Shown here piece after piece: positions 27,106-36,813 of a stretch of DNA of 64,000 nucleotides. A model generated the notes under the pieces. The model was not told where the DNA came from and did not search any database. It saw only the letters and a program-made list of their open reading frames with translations. The translations under genes and the position numbers were made by a program. The DNA lies in IMG/VR virus record IMGVR_UViG_3300045594_000343, positions 3,370 through 67,369 of that record. One strand, written 5' to 3'. Position 1 is the stretch's first letter; every line of letters starts with the position of its first letter. The DNA is from a virus. Its lineage: Duplodnaviria; Caudoviricetes.

Positions 27106-27816
27106 TTATACTAATTTTGAATCGTCATTAAATGTATTTACATTTCTATCTTTTTCGCCATCTGTTGGAGATAATTTTCCTGAAAAAATCATATCTTCTC
27201 TAGACTTAAACAATTCCATTTGTTTTTTGAATTCGCTAGAAAAATCAACTTCTAATTGATAATTCATCTTATACTTTTGGTCTAATGCACGTATTGTCGA
27301 TAAAACAATTTTGGCAAATGTGTCTATTTGATTTCTATAAAAATTAGAATCAATTGTACCTTCTTGTTTAATTGCTCCACTAACTTTATCAAGCTCATCA
27401 ACTAAAGATTTTATCTGCCCCATATAACCTATGGTATATTGATGTTTTTTAGCATCTGATAATGTTTCTACTTCTTCCATTCTTGCTAAAGCCAATTCAA
27501 TCATGTGTGCGATTGTATTGGCTTTATCAATGTTTATCTTCTTACCTTCTGAATATTTTTCTCTAGAAGCTTTAATTTTAGATTTTATTGTTGCATCTTT
27601 AACTAATAAATCTTCTTTTTCATTAAAATGCCTTTGTAAATGTCTACGAATAGAAGAAGGTTTAATGTTTTCTTCTTTTACGATTTTTACATCTGTTGGG
27701 TCTGTTAGATTTTGCAAATATTCATATATTTTCTCAGGGGATAATTTTTTTATAGCCAATTCTTCAATTATACCCTTATGCCTAGACATACATACCTTAC
27801 ATTGCTTTACTTGCAA
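27106..27816 (-). CDS. Putative DNA-binding protein (CxxC...H-x3-H), possibly terminase-small-subunit-like
   Basis: CKVC...SIRRHLQRHF N-terminal motif followed by long helices. Confidence 0.4.
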   Translation of the reverse strand: MQVKQCKVCMSRHKGIIEELAIKKLSPEKIYEYLQNLTDPTDVKIVKEENIKPSSIRRHLQRHFNEKEDLLVKDATIKSKIKASREKYSEGKKINIDKANTIAHMIELALARMEEVETLSDAKKHQYTIGYMGQIKSLVDELDKVSGAIKQEGTIDSNFYRNQIDTFAKIVLSTIRALDQKYKMNYQLEVDFSSEFKKQMELFKSREDMIFSGKLSPTDGEKDRNVNTFNDDSKLV

Positions 27817-27839
27817 AAAAATTCCTTCTTTCTATTTAA

Positions 27840-28451
27840 TTAAAATGGTATAGTCATTTTAACACCCACCGAAGTTCCATCATCTTTTGATAATTTTACC
27901 GTTGGGCCTATATATGCATGTGCTCCAAATATTTTCACTTGTGTTTCATAATCTATCGTCGTATCACCATCGGTATAGTGAGCAACACTAACCTGATGTT
28001 TTGGATACGCTTTTATATTATACTGATTTATTGTTACATTATCCGTATCTTTAATATCACTTACTTGTTTCGTTTCGCCTTTTGCAGGAGTTACAACTAC
28101 TGCATCTGCTTTCTGTTGTTTTGCATAAGAAGAAACCTCAGATTGATAATTTGAACCAATCGTGTTAACAGTTCTATCTGGCTCTCTATTTCTATCAATT
28201 ATTTTCGTTATTGTATTACTTACTTCTTTTGCTTGATAATCATCTAATCTTGCATCACTATTGTCATTAACGGCTGTTTTGAGTTTAAACGGGTCTTTAG
28301 AATCATCTATTGTCATTGTTACAGGGGTAATTTTTCCCGTTTTTGTATTTATGTAATTATTTACTTTATATAAAACAAATAAAATTACAACTAAAGACAA
28401 AATACAAATTAATAGTTTCTTTATGTTTTCTGTTGTCATTTTAATCACCAC
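27840..28451 (-). CDS. Membrane-anchored exported protein
   Basis: N-terminal TM helix (LLICILSLVVILFVLY). The C-terminal beta-rich segment ends in aromatic F. Confidence 0.6.
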   Translation of the reverse strand: MVIKMTTENIKKLLICILSLVVILFVLYKVNNYINTKTGKITPVTMTIDDSKDPFKLKTAVNDNSDARLDDYQAKEVSNTITKIIDRNREPDRTVNTIGSNYQSEVSSYAKQQKADAVVVTPAKGETKQVSDIKDTDNVTINQYNIKAYPKHQVSVAHYTDGDTTIDYETQVKIFGAHAYIGPTVKLSKDDGTSVGVKMTIPF

Positions 28452-28494
28452 ACTTTTTATATTTTCATAAGTGTAATAGATTTTTATAAAAAAA

Positions 28495-29016
28495 CTATGC
28501 TTTTTGTTTTGGGTATATAGCCAATCCTCTGTTCGTTACTTCAATATTACAATCATTAAACATTAATTGTGCTATTTTTGAGCTGTTGTTTTTAATAAAT
28601 TCTTTTGCTATTTTTTTATCGTCTAGGCAAATATGAGTATACGCCATAATGTATAAATTATAAATCTCATAATCATAGGATATAATATCTAATCCCATTT
28701 CTTTATCTTTATCTGTATAAGCAATATTTCCCTTAAAACAACAAACGTTATGCTTTATTAAATAATAATCATCGTTATCTTCATTAAGCCAAACATCATA
28801 ATCTGACAATAAATCATCATTTTTTATTTTGTCATTAATGTTCTTTATGTGTTTGAATTTATATTTAAGTTCCAATAAAGATAAAGAAATAGCTCCGTCC
28901 TTATCTTTTCGATTTGCTTTTACTGTATCAAATAATGCTTTTGTTGCCAAATAACATTCTAATCTATGTCTTATTTTTCGTTTTAATATACTGAATATAT
29001 TCATATACACCATCAA
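28495..29016 (-). CDS. Hypothetical protein
   Basis: 173-aa ORF. Confidence 0.65.
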   Translation of the reverse strand: MMVYMNIFSILKRKIRHRLECYLATKALFDTVKANRKDKDGAISLSLLELKYKFKHIKNINDKIKNDDLLSDYDVWLNEDNDDYYLIKHNVCCFKGNIAYTDKDKEMGLDIISYDYEIYNLYIMAYTHICLDDKKIAKEFIKNNSSKIAQLMFNDCNIEVTNRGLAIYPKQKA

Positions 29017-29036
29017 CCTTTTATTTATATTATATG

Positions 29037-29068
29037 AAAAAACAGCCTATATTTTTATAGGCTGTTTT
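29037..29068 (-). terminator. Intrinsic terminator with TATAAT fused to its U-tract
   Basis: aaaacagcctat-aaaaat-ataggctgtttttt-ca-TATAAT on the minus strand. Confidence 0.8.
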
Positions 29069-29075
29069 TATAAGA

Positions 29076-29402
29076 TTATCGATAGTCTAACACATATTTA
29101 GTTGCCATATATTTACCCTGGTTTAGTATATTTTTTTCTGCTCTATCTGCATGTGAAAACAAATCTCTATATATTTTCATTCCACGCATTTCCATTTGTT
29201 CAGCCACTTCATAATTATTATTTGCACTAGGTAACAAATAATATTTCGACTTATACAATTTATACGCCCATTCAAATTCATTCATTGTTTCTGTATCAAT
29301 TATATCGTCAACCAATCTCAAATGATAAATACTTGACCATTCTTCTTCTGTTCTCCTAGTTAAATCAACGTCTAAAACAACGTCCTCATTCTCCATAAAC
29401 AA
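29076..29402 (-). CDS. Hypothetical protein
   Basis: 108-aa ORF with GGAAGGAA RBS. Confidence 0.7.
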   Translation of the reverse strand: MFMENEDVVLDVDLTRRTEEEWSSIYHLRLVDDIIDTETMNEFEWAYKLYKSKYYLLPSANNNYEVAEQMEMRGMKIYRDLFSHADRAEKNILNQGKYMATKYVLDYR

Positions 29403-29413
29403 GTTTCCTTCCT

Positions 29414-30793
29414 TTAATCTAATCTCTTAATTGCTTCTTCTGCAAGTTTAGAACGCACACACTCTGAATCCGTTGCCGTTACTTGTGCACATAATGAAGA
29501 ACCTTTCATTTTCTCTGCCAACCAACTTAAACCATTGTTTGTAGTATCAAGGAACGGGGTATCAATCTGATTAGGGTCACCAGCAATGATAATCTTTGTT
29601 CCTTCTCCTGCACGTGTAACAATTGCTTTAATTTGTGTTTGTGATAAATTCTGTGCTTCGTCAATAATAATATATTGTTTGCTAATAGAACGACCGCGCA
29701 AGAAAGAACAAGCTTCCATATCAATCCAATCATTTTCCATAATGTAGCGAACTTTACCTGCCAATTCTTCTTCACTATTATATCTCTGCTTCGGGTCAGA
29801 ATCAACGAGGATTTCCAAATTGTCATAAATCGGTCTCATATACGGGTCAATTTTTTCTTGTTCAGTTCCAGGTAGATAACCTAAATCTTCTCCACCCATT
29901 GCAATTGCAGGTCTACATACCAAAATTTTTCTAAATTCTTGTTTTTCAGTAATATTATCCAAACCAACAGCTAAACTCAACAATGTTTTTGCCGTTCCTG
30001 CAACACCCTTAAGAATGACCAACGGGCAATCGCTCATTAATGCTTCAATCATGAATTTCTGTCCAACATTACGGGGTTTAATTCCATAAGGGAAATATTT
30101 TTCATAATTAAGTTTTACAATATTGCGACATTGTTTATCAATTTTAGCTAGTGCAGTATTTCCTTGTGAGTTTTTCAAAATAATGAACTCATTTGCGAAC
30201 AACTGTTCTCCAAATTGAATAGGTTCTCCTGTTTCTGCATCATATTCAATCAATGGAGTATCAATTGGTAAACTTTTTTCATCATAGAATTTAGCAAAGT
30301 CACTGTCCTTAACATACACCTCAATTCTACCATTATATTGCTGGTCTAATTTTGGTGCACGATTTGACTCAAATCCTTCACTACATACTAATGAAATATC
30401 ACCTTTAATACGCTCCATCAAATCATTTGTTACCAAATGAACATTTTCGCCCTTATCTTTTAATGCCTTACAAACCTGTATAATTCTGTTATCGGCTTTT
30501 TTGGTGTCCCAATTTGGTGGCAATTGTTCATCTACATGATTAGTTTCTACAATTAAACTTCCACCGAAATCATTTAATGCAACACCTTCCGTTAACTTTC
30601 CACTTTCTCTAAGTTTTTCCAAATATCTTATCACAGCACGAGCATTGACACCCAAATCATCTTTTTTCTGTTTGAAATTGTCCAATTCCTCTAAAACCGC
30701 TTCTGTTAATACAACCTTATTGTCCTCGAAAGAAAATAAAGCTTCCGGATTCTGCAATAATACATTTGTGTCTAATACATAGGTTTTTTTCAT
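29414..30793 (-). CDS. phoH: PIN-PhoH family protein
   Basis: N-terminal PIN (YVLDTNVLL, ADNRII), Walker A GVAGTAKT, LGYLPG, FLRGRS, IIDEAQN, GDPNQID. Confidence 0.92.
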   Translation of the reverse strand: MKKTYVLDTNVLLQNPEALFSFEDNKVVLTEAVLEELDNFKQKKDDLGVNARAVIRYLEKLRESGKLTEGVALNDFGGSLIVETNHVDEQLPPNWDTKKADNRIIQVCKALKDKGENVHLVTNDLMERIKGDISLVCSEGFESNRAPKLDQQYNGRIEVYVKDSDFAKFYDEKSLPIDTPLIEYDAETGEPIQFGEQLFANEFIILKNSQGNTALAKIDKQCRNIVKLNYEKYFPYGIKPRNVGQKFMIEALMSDCPLVILKGVAGTAKTLLSLAVGLDNITEKQEFRKILVCRPAIAMGGEDLGYLPGTEQEKIDPYMRPIYDNLEILVDSDPKQRYNSEEELAGKVRYIMENDWIDMEACSFLRGRSISKQYIIIDEAQNLSQTQIKAIVTRAGEGTKIIIAGDPNQIDTPFLDTTNNGLSWLAEKMKGSSLCAQVTATDSECVRSKLAEEAIKRLD

Positions 30794-30839
30794 ACAAAGC
30801 CCTCCAGGGTTACAGGTTTTATCCCTTAATTTATAAATA

Positions 30840-31577
30840 TTATTTTATAATATTTAGTTTATATTTTAATAAATCTTCTTTTGAAGAATTTATTATTTTC
30901 ATAATGAAATGATAATCATTCTTTTTTATCCAATCATCCAAATCATTACCGTTTTTAAGAATACCTCTTAATATGCGAACTTTGACATCCCCACGTAATT
31001 TTATTTTTTCTAATGAGTTGTTTGCTCCTTCTTGACCTGCATCATCATCATCATATAAAACATTTACTCTATCTGTATATCTTGATGCAATAGCTAATTG
31101 TTCAGAAGAAAAATGTGCTCCAAACGTGCATGAACATAATTTAAATCCATTTTGCCATGCTGAAATAACATCCATCTGTCCTTCTGTTAAAATCAACATA
31201 TTTTGTTTTAAGATTTCTTTTTCATTAAAAAACAATCCAAATAAAATTCTTCTTGTTGGAAATTGATAGTGCATATATTTTGGTTTTGTTTCTGGATTGA
31301 TTGCTCTACCTGATATTGCAATTAAACTTCCATTTTGGTCATAAACAGGTATTGTTAATCTACCATTCATTTTTTCCCAAAATTTAAATTTTTCATTTGT
31401 TTCATCTTTATAGCATTCAGGAATGAAATTTTCAGGTGAATATCCCAAATGCCAATATTTTGCAGTATTAGGTTTTATGTTTCGTTTTCTTAAATAATCT
31501 CTAGCTGGTTTACCTATTTCTTTATTCCAAAGATTATTTTCATATTCTTTTGATTCTTGCTCATATAGCTTTTTCAT
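30840..31577 (-). CDS. dnaG: DnaG-type primase catalytic (TOPRIM) core, no zinc-binding domain
   Basis: YLRKRNI, GRLTIPVYD.NG..IAISGR, PKYM, LFGL, LTEGQMDVIS, LYDDDDAG. Confidence 0.88.
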   Translation of the reverse strand: MKKLYEQESKEYENNLWNKEIGKPARDYLRKRNIKPNTAKYWHLGYSPENFIPECYKDETNEKFKFWEKMNGRLTIPVYDQNGSLIAISGRAINPETKPKYMHYQFPTRRILFGLFFNEKEILKQNMLILTEGQMDVISAWQNGFKLCSCTFGAHFSSEQLAIASRYTDRVNVLYDDDDAGQEGANNSLEKIKLRGDVKVRILRGILKNGNDLDDWIKKNDYHFIMKIINSSKEDLLKYKLNIIK

Positions 31578-31623
31578 AGTAGACCCTCAAATTTATTTTT
31601 CATTTCTACTATTATTATATCAA

Positions 31624-31968
31624 TTATTGTTTTAATTCATATAGTGATATTTCATTTTGAGGTATAAATATTTGTCCACAGGTATCGCATCTTTTTGCTT
31701 TAAATGGGTTTTCTTGTTTTTCCACTTGATAACTAACTTCATTACAATGCGGACAATATGTTATATATTGATAATTAATAACATTTGCTTTTTTTAATTT
31801 GTGTACTATTTTATCTAATTCGTCAGGAGTTAAATCTTTATAGTTTGAAATTTCTCGTTCTCTTAAAAAAAGCCCTGATAATCTAACTAATTTAACACCT
31901 TCTAGATTAAAAATATCAACAATATCTTTCATCATTGAATCTAAATCTGTTGTAGCAAAATTTATCAT
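31624..31968 (-). CDS. Zinc-ribbon protein
   Basis: CPHC...CDTCG. Confidence 0.7.
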   Translation of the reverse strand: MINFATTDLDSMMKDIVDIFNLEGVKLVRLSGLFLREREISNYKDLTPDELDKIVHKLKKANVINYQYITYCPHCNEVSYQVEKQENPFKAKRCDTCGQIFIPQNEISLYELKQ

Positions 31969-32007
31969 GTTTTTTCACCATCCTACTTTAAAAATATATT
32001 ATAAACA

Positions 32008-32042
32008 CAAAAAAAATACCTCATTTTCATGAGGTATTTTTT
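32008..32042. terminator. Intrinsic terminator after recA
   Basis: aaaaaaaatacctca-tttc-atgaggtatttttt-like hairpin. Confidence 0.8.
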
Positions 32043-32046
32043 ATTT

Positions 32047-32583
32047 TTAAGAATCAAGTTTAGACCAATCGTCTTCCTCTTCTTTACTAATATCCGTATT
32101 AGAATCATCACGAAGCGATTCTTCAAATTCTTCATCGCTCATATCTGAATCCATTTCTTCAGAATCATACTGATGCGATTCGAAATCACCGGAAGCTATA
32201 ATATCAATCAATTCCTGTTTTACATTTGGGAACAAACGAATCTGTTCAGGCACTTCTGCTTTTGACTTAGCAAGGAACTTAGGCTCACTAGGCCACTTGT
32301 ATTGTCTCCCAGTTTCTGTCAACTCGCCCTTTGCATTATATCGCGGAATAATACCTTTTGCAAGCGCAATGTCAGCAACTTCATCAACATCATCTACATG
32401 TCTACCATCAAAATAAACCTTAAATTCTGCTGTCTTAAATGGTGAAGCTGTTTTGTTTTTCACAACCTTTACTCGAATTCCTTGTCCAACAACAACATCT
32501 TCTGCACCATGCTTTTCTTTCAACATTCCATCTGCGTTTTTTGATACGCGCAAACGCAAGGAACTATAAAATTTTAGTGCTTT
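32047..32583 (-). CDS. recA: RecA recombinase, exon 2
   Basis: KALKFYSSLRLRV...VKVVKNKTASPFKTAEF; acidic tail. Begins right after the intron-terminal G. Confidence 0.9.
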   Translation of the reverse strand, partial: KALKFYSSLRLRVSKNADGMLKEKHGAEDVVVGQGIRVKVVKNKTASPFKTAEFKVYFDGRHVDDVDEVADIALAKGIIPRYNAKGELTETGRQYKWPSEPKFLAKSKAEVPEQIRLFPNVKQELIDIIASGDFESHQYDSEEMDSDMSDEEFEESLRDDSNTDISKEEEDDWSKLDS

Positions 32584-32984
32584 CAAAATTTTTACAAACA
32601 GGCTCTTTATCCCATTAAACTTTTTCAAGAAAATTTCGGACTATATCTTCTGCTCATTTTCCATAAAATGAGAGTTTCACCGCACTCGTGGAGGATTTTA
32701 TCGCCATATCTTTCGATTTAGGCTTACCTCTAGTCTCTGAACACATAATAGCATTTCTGCTAATACTTTGTTGCTGATTATTTCCAACCATCCATTTTTC
32801 AAACATTCACGCTTACAATCTCTTGTTACGTTGTAGTATGGATATTGTTTTATGCCTTTCGGCAGAACCTTCCAGCAATTCACGGCGTTTTTTAACGTGG
32901 AAGCAAAGCTACGATTCTGTTTTTACAGTCATTATAATTATTTATTAATGCCCTGAATATAACACAATCTTACGCTATTTTTCT
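32584..32984 (-). ncRNA. Group I self-splicing intron (401 nt, no homing endonuclease)
   Basis: P GTGAATTGCTGGAA (32883-32870), Q AATCAGCAAC (32779-32770), R GTTCAGAGACTAG (32742-32730), S AAGATATAGTCC (32649-32638). P7 is GACTA/TAGTC. 5' exon ends in U, intron ends in G. IGS GCTTCCAC pairs with exon GTGGAGGT. Confidence 0.92.
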
Positions 32985-33638
32985 ACCTCCACCAGTAGTA
33001 GTGTTATCTCCCCACATTACGCCAATTTTTTCGCGTGTCTGATTAATGCAAATCAGTATACCTCCTGCATGTGCAAGCTTGCTTGTAACTCTACGCAAGA
33101 ACTGTGACATGTAACGAGCAACAAGACCTACAGTTTGTTTACCAGGCTCTGCTTCCAATTCTTCTTCAGGAACTAGCGCAGCAATTGAATCTAGTACAAT
33201 AACATCAACTCCTGCATCAATCAAGGCATCAATTACCTTGAATGTTTCCTGCAATGAACTCGGCTGTGAAATAACAAGATTGTCAACCTGCACTCCAAGT
33301 TTTTTTGCAAAAGAAGTATCAAAAGTGAATTCCAAATCAACATATGCACACAATCCACCATGTGACTGACAAGCTGCAATAATTTTTTGTGCAATCAATG
33401 ATTTACCACTTGATTCTGCACCAAACAACTCTACAACTCTTCCACGAGCAATTCCTTTTCCTGTACATGCTGAATCCAATGTAAGATAACCAGTTGGAAT
33501 ACAATCATATTCTTGCTGTGGAGCTTCACCTAAAATCTGAATAAGATTCTCCTTTTTAGTTGACTTGCTCAATGACTTCATTGCGCTTTTTAATGCTGAT
33601 AACTTTTTTGCTTGTGCTTTTTTATCAAAATCCTGCAT
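32985..33638 (-). CDS. recA: RecA recombinase, exon 1
   Basis: GRVVELFGAESSGKS (Walker A), VIVLDSIAALVP, INQTREKIGVMWGDNTTTGGG. Spliced product is 396 aa. Confidence 0.92.
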
Positions 33639-33713
33639 TCAATTTCCTTCTTTCTATTTTTGATGATGTTATTATATTCAATTTAGTTATTTTTTCAATT
33701 AAAGAAAATAAAA

Positions 33714-34385
33714 TTATTTTCTGGCATCACTTTGCCAAAATTTATTCGTTAAAACATTTACGCATGATACTTTTCCATTATCTAAAAAAGAACCAGTATC
33801 ACACATAACGATATTGTTTGGCAATAAAATAGGAACATTTCTATCTTCAACAATACATTGTGTCGGCGTATGTCCAACAACCACAATTTTATTTTTATCA
33901 TATTTAAACAAAAAGTCTTCTCTAATCCAAAGCATATCATCTTCAAGTTGATGTTCAAAATCAATTCTAGGATTAACACCTGCATGACAAAAGAAAAAAT
34001 TATTCAATTCATATTTTATTGGTAATGATTCAACAAATTCAATAATAGAACTAAACTCACCATCTGATAAATCTTTTAAATCTTTTAACGTTTTGTCACC
34101 ACCATTACTAAGCCAAATATCACCATAATTATTCTCACTGAATTCTTCACTAAAGTAATCCAACATCATTTGTTCATGATTACCACGTAACACAATAACA
34201 TTATCTTGTTTTGATAATTTCATTACTAATTTTAAACAATCTAAACTTTGATTTCCCCTATCTATATAATCACCTAAAAAAATTAGCAAATCTTCTTTTG
34301 TAGGATTAACTCTAGATATTAATTGTTTTAATTGAGTGTAATTCCCATGTGCATCTCCGAATGCCAATACTCTATTGAATTCCAT
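33714..34385 (-). CDS. Ser/Thr protein phosphatase (PPP-like metallophosphoesterase)
   Basis: GDAHG, GDYIDRG, LRGNHE, HAG, GHTP and DTG motifs. Confidence 0.88.
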   Translation of the reverse strand: MEFNRVLAFGDAHGNYTQLKQLISRVNPTKEDLLIFLGDYIDRGNQSLDCLKLVMKLSKQDNVIVLRGNHEQMMLDYFSEEFSENNYGDIWLSNGGDKTLKDLKDLSDGEFSSIIEFVESLPIKYELNNFFFCHAGVNPRIDFEHQLEDDMLWIREDFLFKYDKNKIVVVGHTPTQCIVEDRNVPILLPNNIVMCDTGSFLDNGKVSCVNVLTNKFWQSDARK

Positions 34386-34455
34386 TTGTATCCACTTCTT
34401 TCTTTTTATTGTTTATTATACAAAAAGTAGTTTCCTTTTGGAAACTACTTTATAT

Positions 34456-34902
34456 TTATAATTTAAATTCAATAACATTAATTGCTTCAACATTATTTAG
34501 TGAAACGACTGTTTGCACCAATTTATCTCTATAATCTCTAATTGATTGTCTTTGCTTTTTTAACAAATTATATTCTTCTTCTGTCATGTTTTTTAATTCC
34601 AAATACTCAACAATATTATGGTCAGTTTCAACCAATTTTGCTTTTGCCATGTCTTTAATCTGAAGAATTTTTTGTTGTCTAGCTGATTCTATTGAATCTG
34701 TACTAGTTGGTTTTTGAGGTTTACCGTTTTTACCACGAATATATCCTTGCATATATAACTTCTGGTCTTCTTCTGAAATCTCAATAGCTTGTGGATATTG
34801 AGTAATAATATCAGAAACAGTTAATGGTAATCCATCAGCAACCAATGTCATTAAGCGTTCGCCCGTATCAGCAAATGTAGCAAAATATCTCATTATTTCC
34901 AC
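34456..34902 (-). CDS. Tail fibre assembly/chaperone-like protein
   Basis: Directly downstream of the tail fibre gene. L.ETDH......RQSIRD motif of fibre chaperones. Confidence 0.6.
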   Translation of the reverse strand: MEIMRYFATFADTGERLMTLVADGLPLTVSDIITQYPQAIEISEEDQKLYMQGYIRGKNGKPQKPTSTDSIESARQQKILQIKDMAKAKLVETDHNIVEYLELKNMTEEEYNLLKKQRQSIRDYRDKLVQTVVSLNNVEAINVIEFKL

Positions 34903-36062
34903 CTACCCATTGCTATATAGTGAATTACTGCATTATTCATTACAATTCCTGCTGAATTCGTTACAATAAAATCGCATTTTGTAGCTGATTTTGTTAAACT
35001 ATTAATTGTTATGTCTACATTTTTTGCAGAACCTTCATATGAAGTAATAATGGTATATGAGTTATCAATAAATGGAATCGAGAACATACACGTTGAACCT
35101 GTGATTACCCCATACTGAGTTAGTCCACCTTCATAATATTTATTAAATCCTATTCCAGAAACAACCTTTGATTTGTTTATTTCATCAATGGAATCCTGCA
35201 TTGTTTGTAAATTTACAACATTTCTTGCAGACAAATCATCATATGATTTAATTAAATACATTGTATCATCATTAGTCGGAATATTTGGAAGCCTAAAAGT
35301 TGTACTTCCGTCACCATAACTATATTTCAAAACCTTTTCATTTGAAGCTTTTTCTAATTTCCATTCCTCATCAGGAACTAAAGATGATTTTGCTTTAACG
35401 AATGTCCATAACCCATTAAAACCTTCTCTAGATACTGTATGCCCATCTGCTTTTAGATATCCATTTGGAACAACATTAGATAATGTCTTTATTATAGCAC
35501 CAATTGGAACAGTATACAAGGTGTTATTTGCAACGGCTGTTTCATCATCCACTAAATCTTCGTCTAGTGTCTGACCCCAAATAACACCATCTGTTACATT
35601 TAATGGTTCTCCCCTATCAACGAGGATTCCCCTTCCTGCTATATCCAATTCTGTAAAATCAATTCCCGTTATTTCATTTTTATCATTTAATGTTAAAACC
35701 CTAGAATCATTTATCAAAAGTTCTCCAGAAACTTTCATGATAACGTCTTGATTATGTGGACCGGATATTGAAAAATTAGACGTATCTAAATTTTGATTAT
35801 CAATTTCCAATCTGGCTCTATTATCTTCAGCTTTTAACGTAATAATTGTATTATTAGAAGCAACACCAAATGTAACACTGTCATAAAACGCTTTTATTGT
35901 CTGGTCTTTTAAATCATTTCTAACAAATTTGTCATACGTGATACCATTCAACGACAATGCGCTTTCGATACTACCTACAAAGGCGTGGGTATGTGTTTTA
36001 TCTGCTTTCGTTGCTATTAAATCATAAAGGGATTGAAGTGATAAGTCTTTTATATCTGACAT
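34893..36062 (-). CDS. Tail fibre protein with collar domain
   Basis: VPIGAI...PNGYLKADG..VSR..F..L...GDGSTTFRLPN collar motif, C-terminal GGLTQYG...PF domain. Confidence 0.82.
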   Translation of the reverse strand: MSDIKDLSLQSLYDLIATKADKTHTHAFVGSIESALSLNGITYDKFVRNDLKDQTIKAFYDSVTFGVASNNTIITLKAEDNRARLEIDNQNLDTSNFSISGPHNQDVIMKVSGELLINDSRVLTLNDKNEITGIDFTELDIAGRGILVDRGEPLNVTDGVIWGQTLDEDLVDDETAVANNTLYTVPIGAIIKTLSNVVPNGYLKADGHTVSREGFNGLWTFVKAKSSLVPDEEWKLEKASNEKVLKYSYGDGSTTFRLPNIPTNDDTMYLIKSYDDLSARNVVNLQTMQDSIDEINKSKVVSGIGFNKYYEGGLTQYGVITGSTCMFSIPFIDNSYTIITSYEGSAKNVDITINSLTKSATKCDFIVTNSAGIVMNNAVIHYIAMGRWK

Positions 36063-36171
36063 TAAATCTTCACCACCTAATTTATAAAGTATTTCCTTAA
36101 AATTAAATAGATTAATTCACTTTGAAAATTAATCATTTACTAGTCTTATATATTTCAGAATATTATAAAAC

Positions 36172-36729
36172 TTATTTAATTTTTGTTCCAAAAAAAGTCA
36201 AAAAATCATGAATGTTTTCCCAATCATTTGATTTATATAATTCTCCATAAACCATATCATTATAATTTTGCTTAAATGTAATAAATGGTATATCATGTTT
36301 TGCTAATGCCATTAAGTTATGCGGATTATCATCAATCATGACATCTATATCTTTCCATGCGCAAACATCAACCTTATTACCTGCATTAAAATATATTTCA
36401 TTATATGCAAATTGATTCATGCGCAACCATTCTAATGTCGGGTCAGCCATAGAATAATATCTTGCCGTTATAATATAAATCCGATTACCTTCTGACAATA
36501 AGTCTTTAATTACTTCCTGAGAATGTGGCAATGATGTTACATCATTTAAAAAATCATCTTGATGTTTTTCATTAAATTCTTTTATCTGTACCTTATTCAA
36601 TCCTGTATATAATTCATAATTACTATCATCAAAATTTATTCCATAATCCTGTTTTAAATATTTCGCTGCAACGTCTTGAAAGTTATTGATTGTTCCATCT
36701 ATATCTATTCCAATTTTCACGAAAAACAC
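36172..36729 (-). CDS. HAD-family 5'(3')-deoxyribonucleotidase-like protein
   Basis: IGIDIDGTI (DxDGT), IITAR, MIDDNP. Confidence 0.85.
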   Translation of the reverse strand: MFFVKIGIDIDGTINNFQDVAAKYLKQDYGINFDDSNYELYTGLNKVQIKEFNEKHQDDFLNDVTSLPHSQEVIKDLLSEGNRIYIITARYYSMADPTLEWLRMNQFAYNEIYFNAGNKVDVCAWKDIDVMIDDNPHNLMALAKHDIPFITFKQNYNDMVYGELYKSNDWENIHDFLTFFGTKIK

Positions 36730-36751
36730 CTCTTTTATTTTTTAAAAACTA

Positions 36752-36780
36752 TTGACAAATAAACAAATATATTATATAAT
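36752..36780 (+). promoter_or_regulatory. Consensus sigma70 promoter
   Basis: TTGACA, 17 nt, TATAAT upstream of the helicase. Confidence 0.85.
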
Positions 36781-36813
36781 GTATATAGAGTTAAGGAAAG
36801 GAAGTGATTAAAA

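Noticed and set aside
32698-32883. 61-aa ORF inside the intron as a homing endonuclease
   Set aside because: It is too short, has no LAGLIDADG, HNH or GIY-YIG motif, and overlaps the ribozyme core elements P to R.
32047-33638. recA as a pseudogene or natural two-gene split
   Set aside because: The intervening 401 nt has all group I intron hallmarks, and its removal restores an ungapped reading frame.
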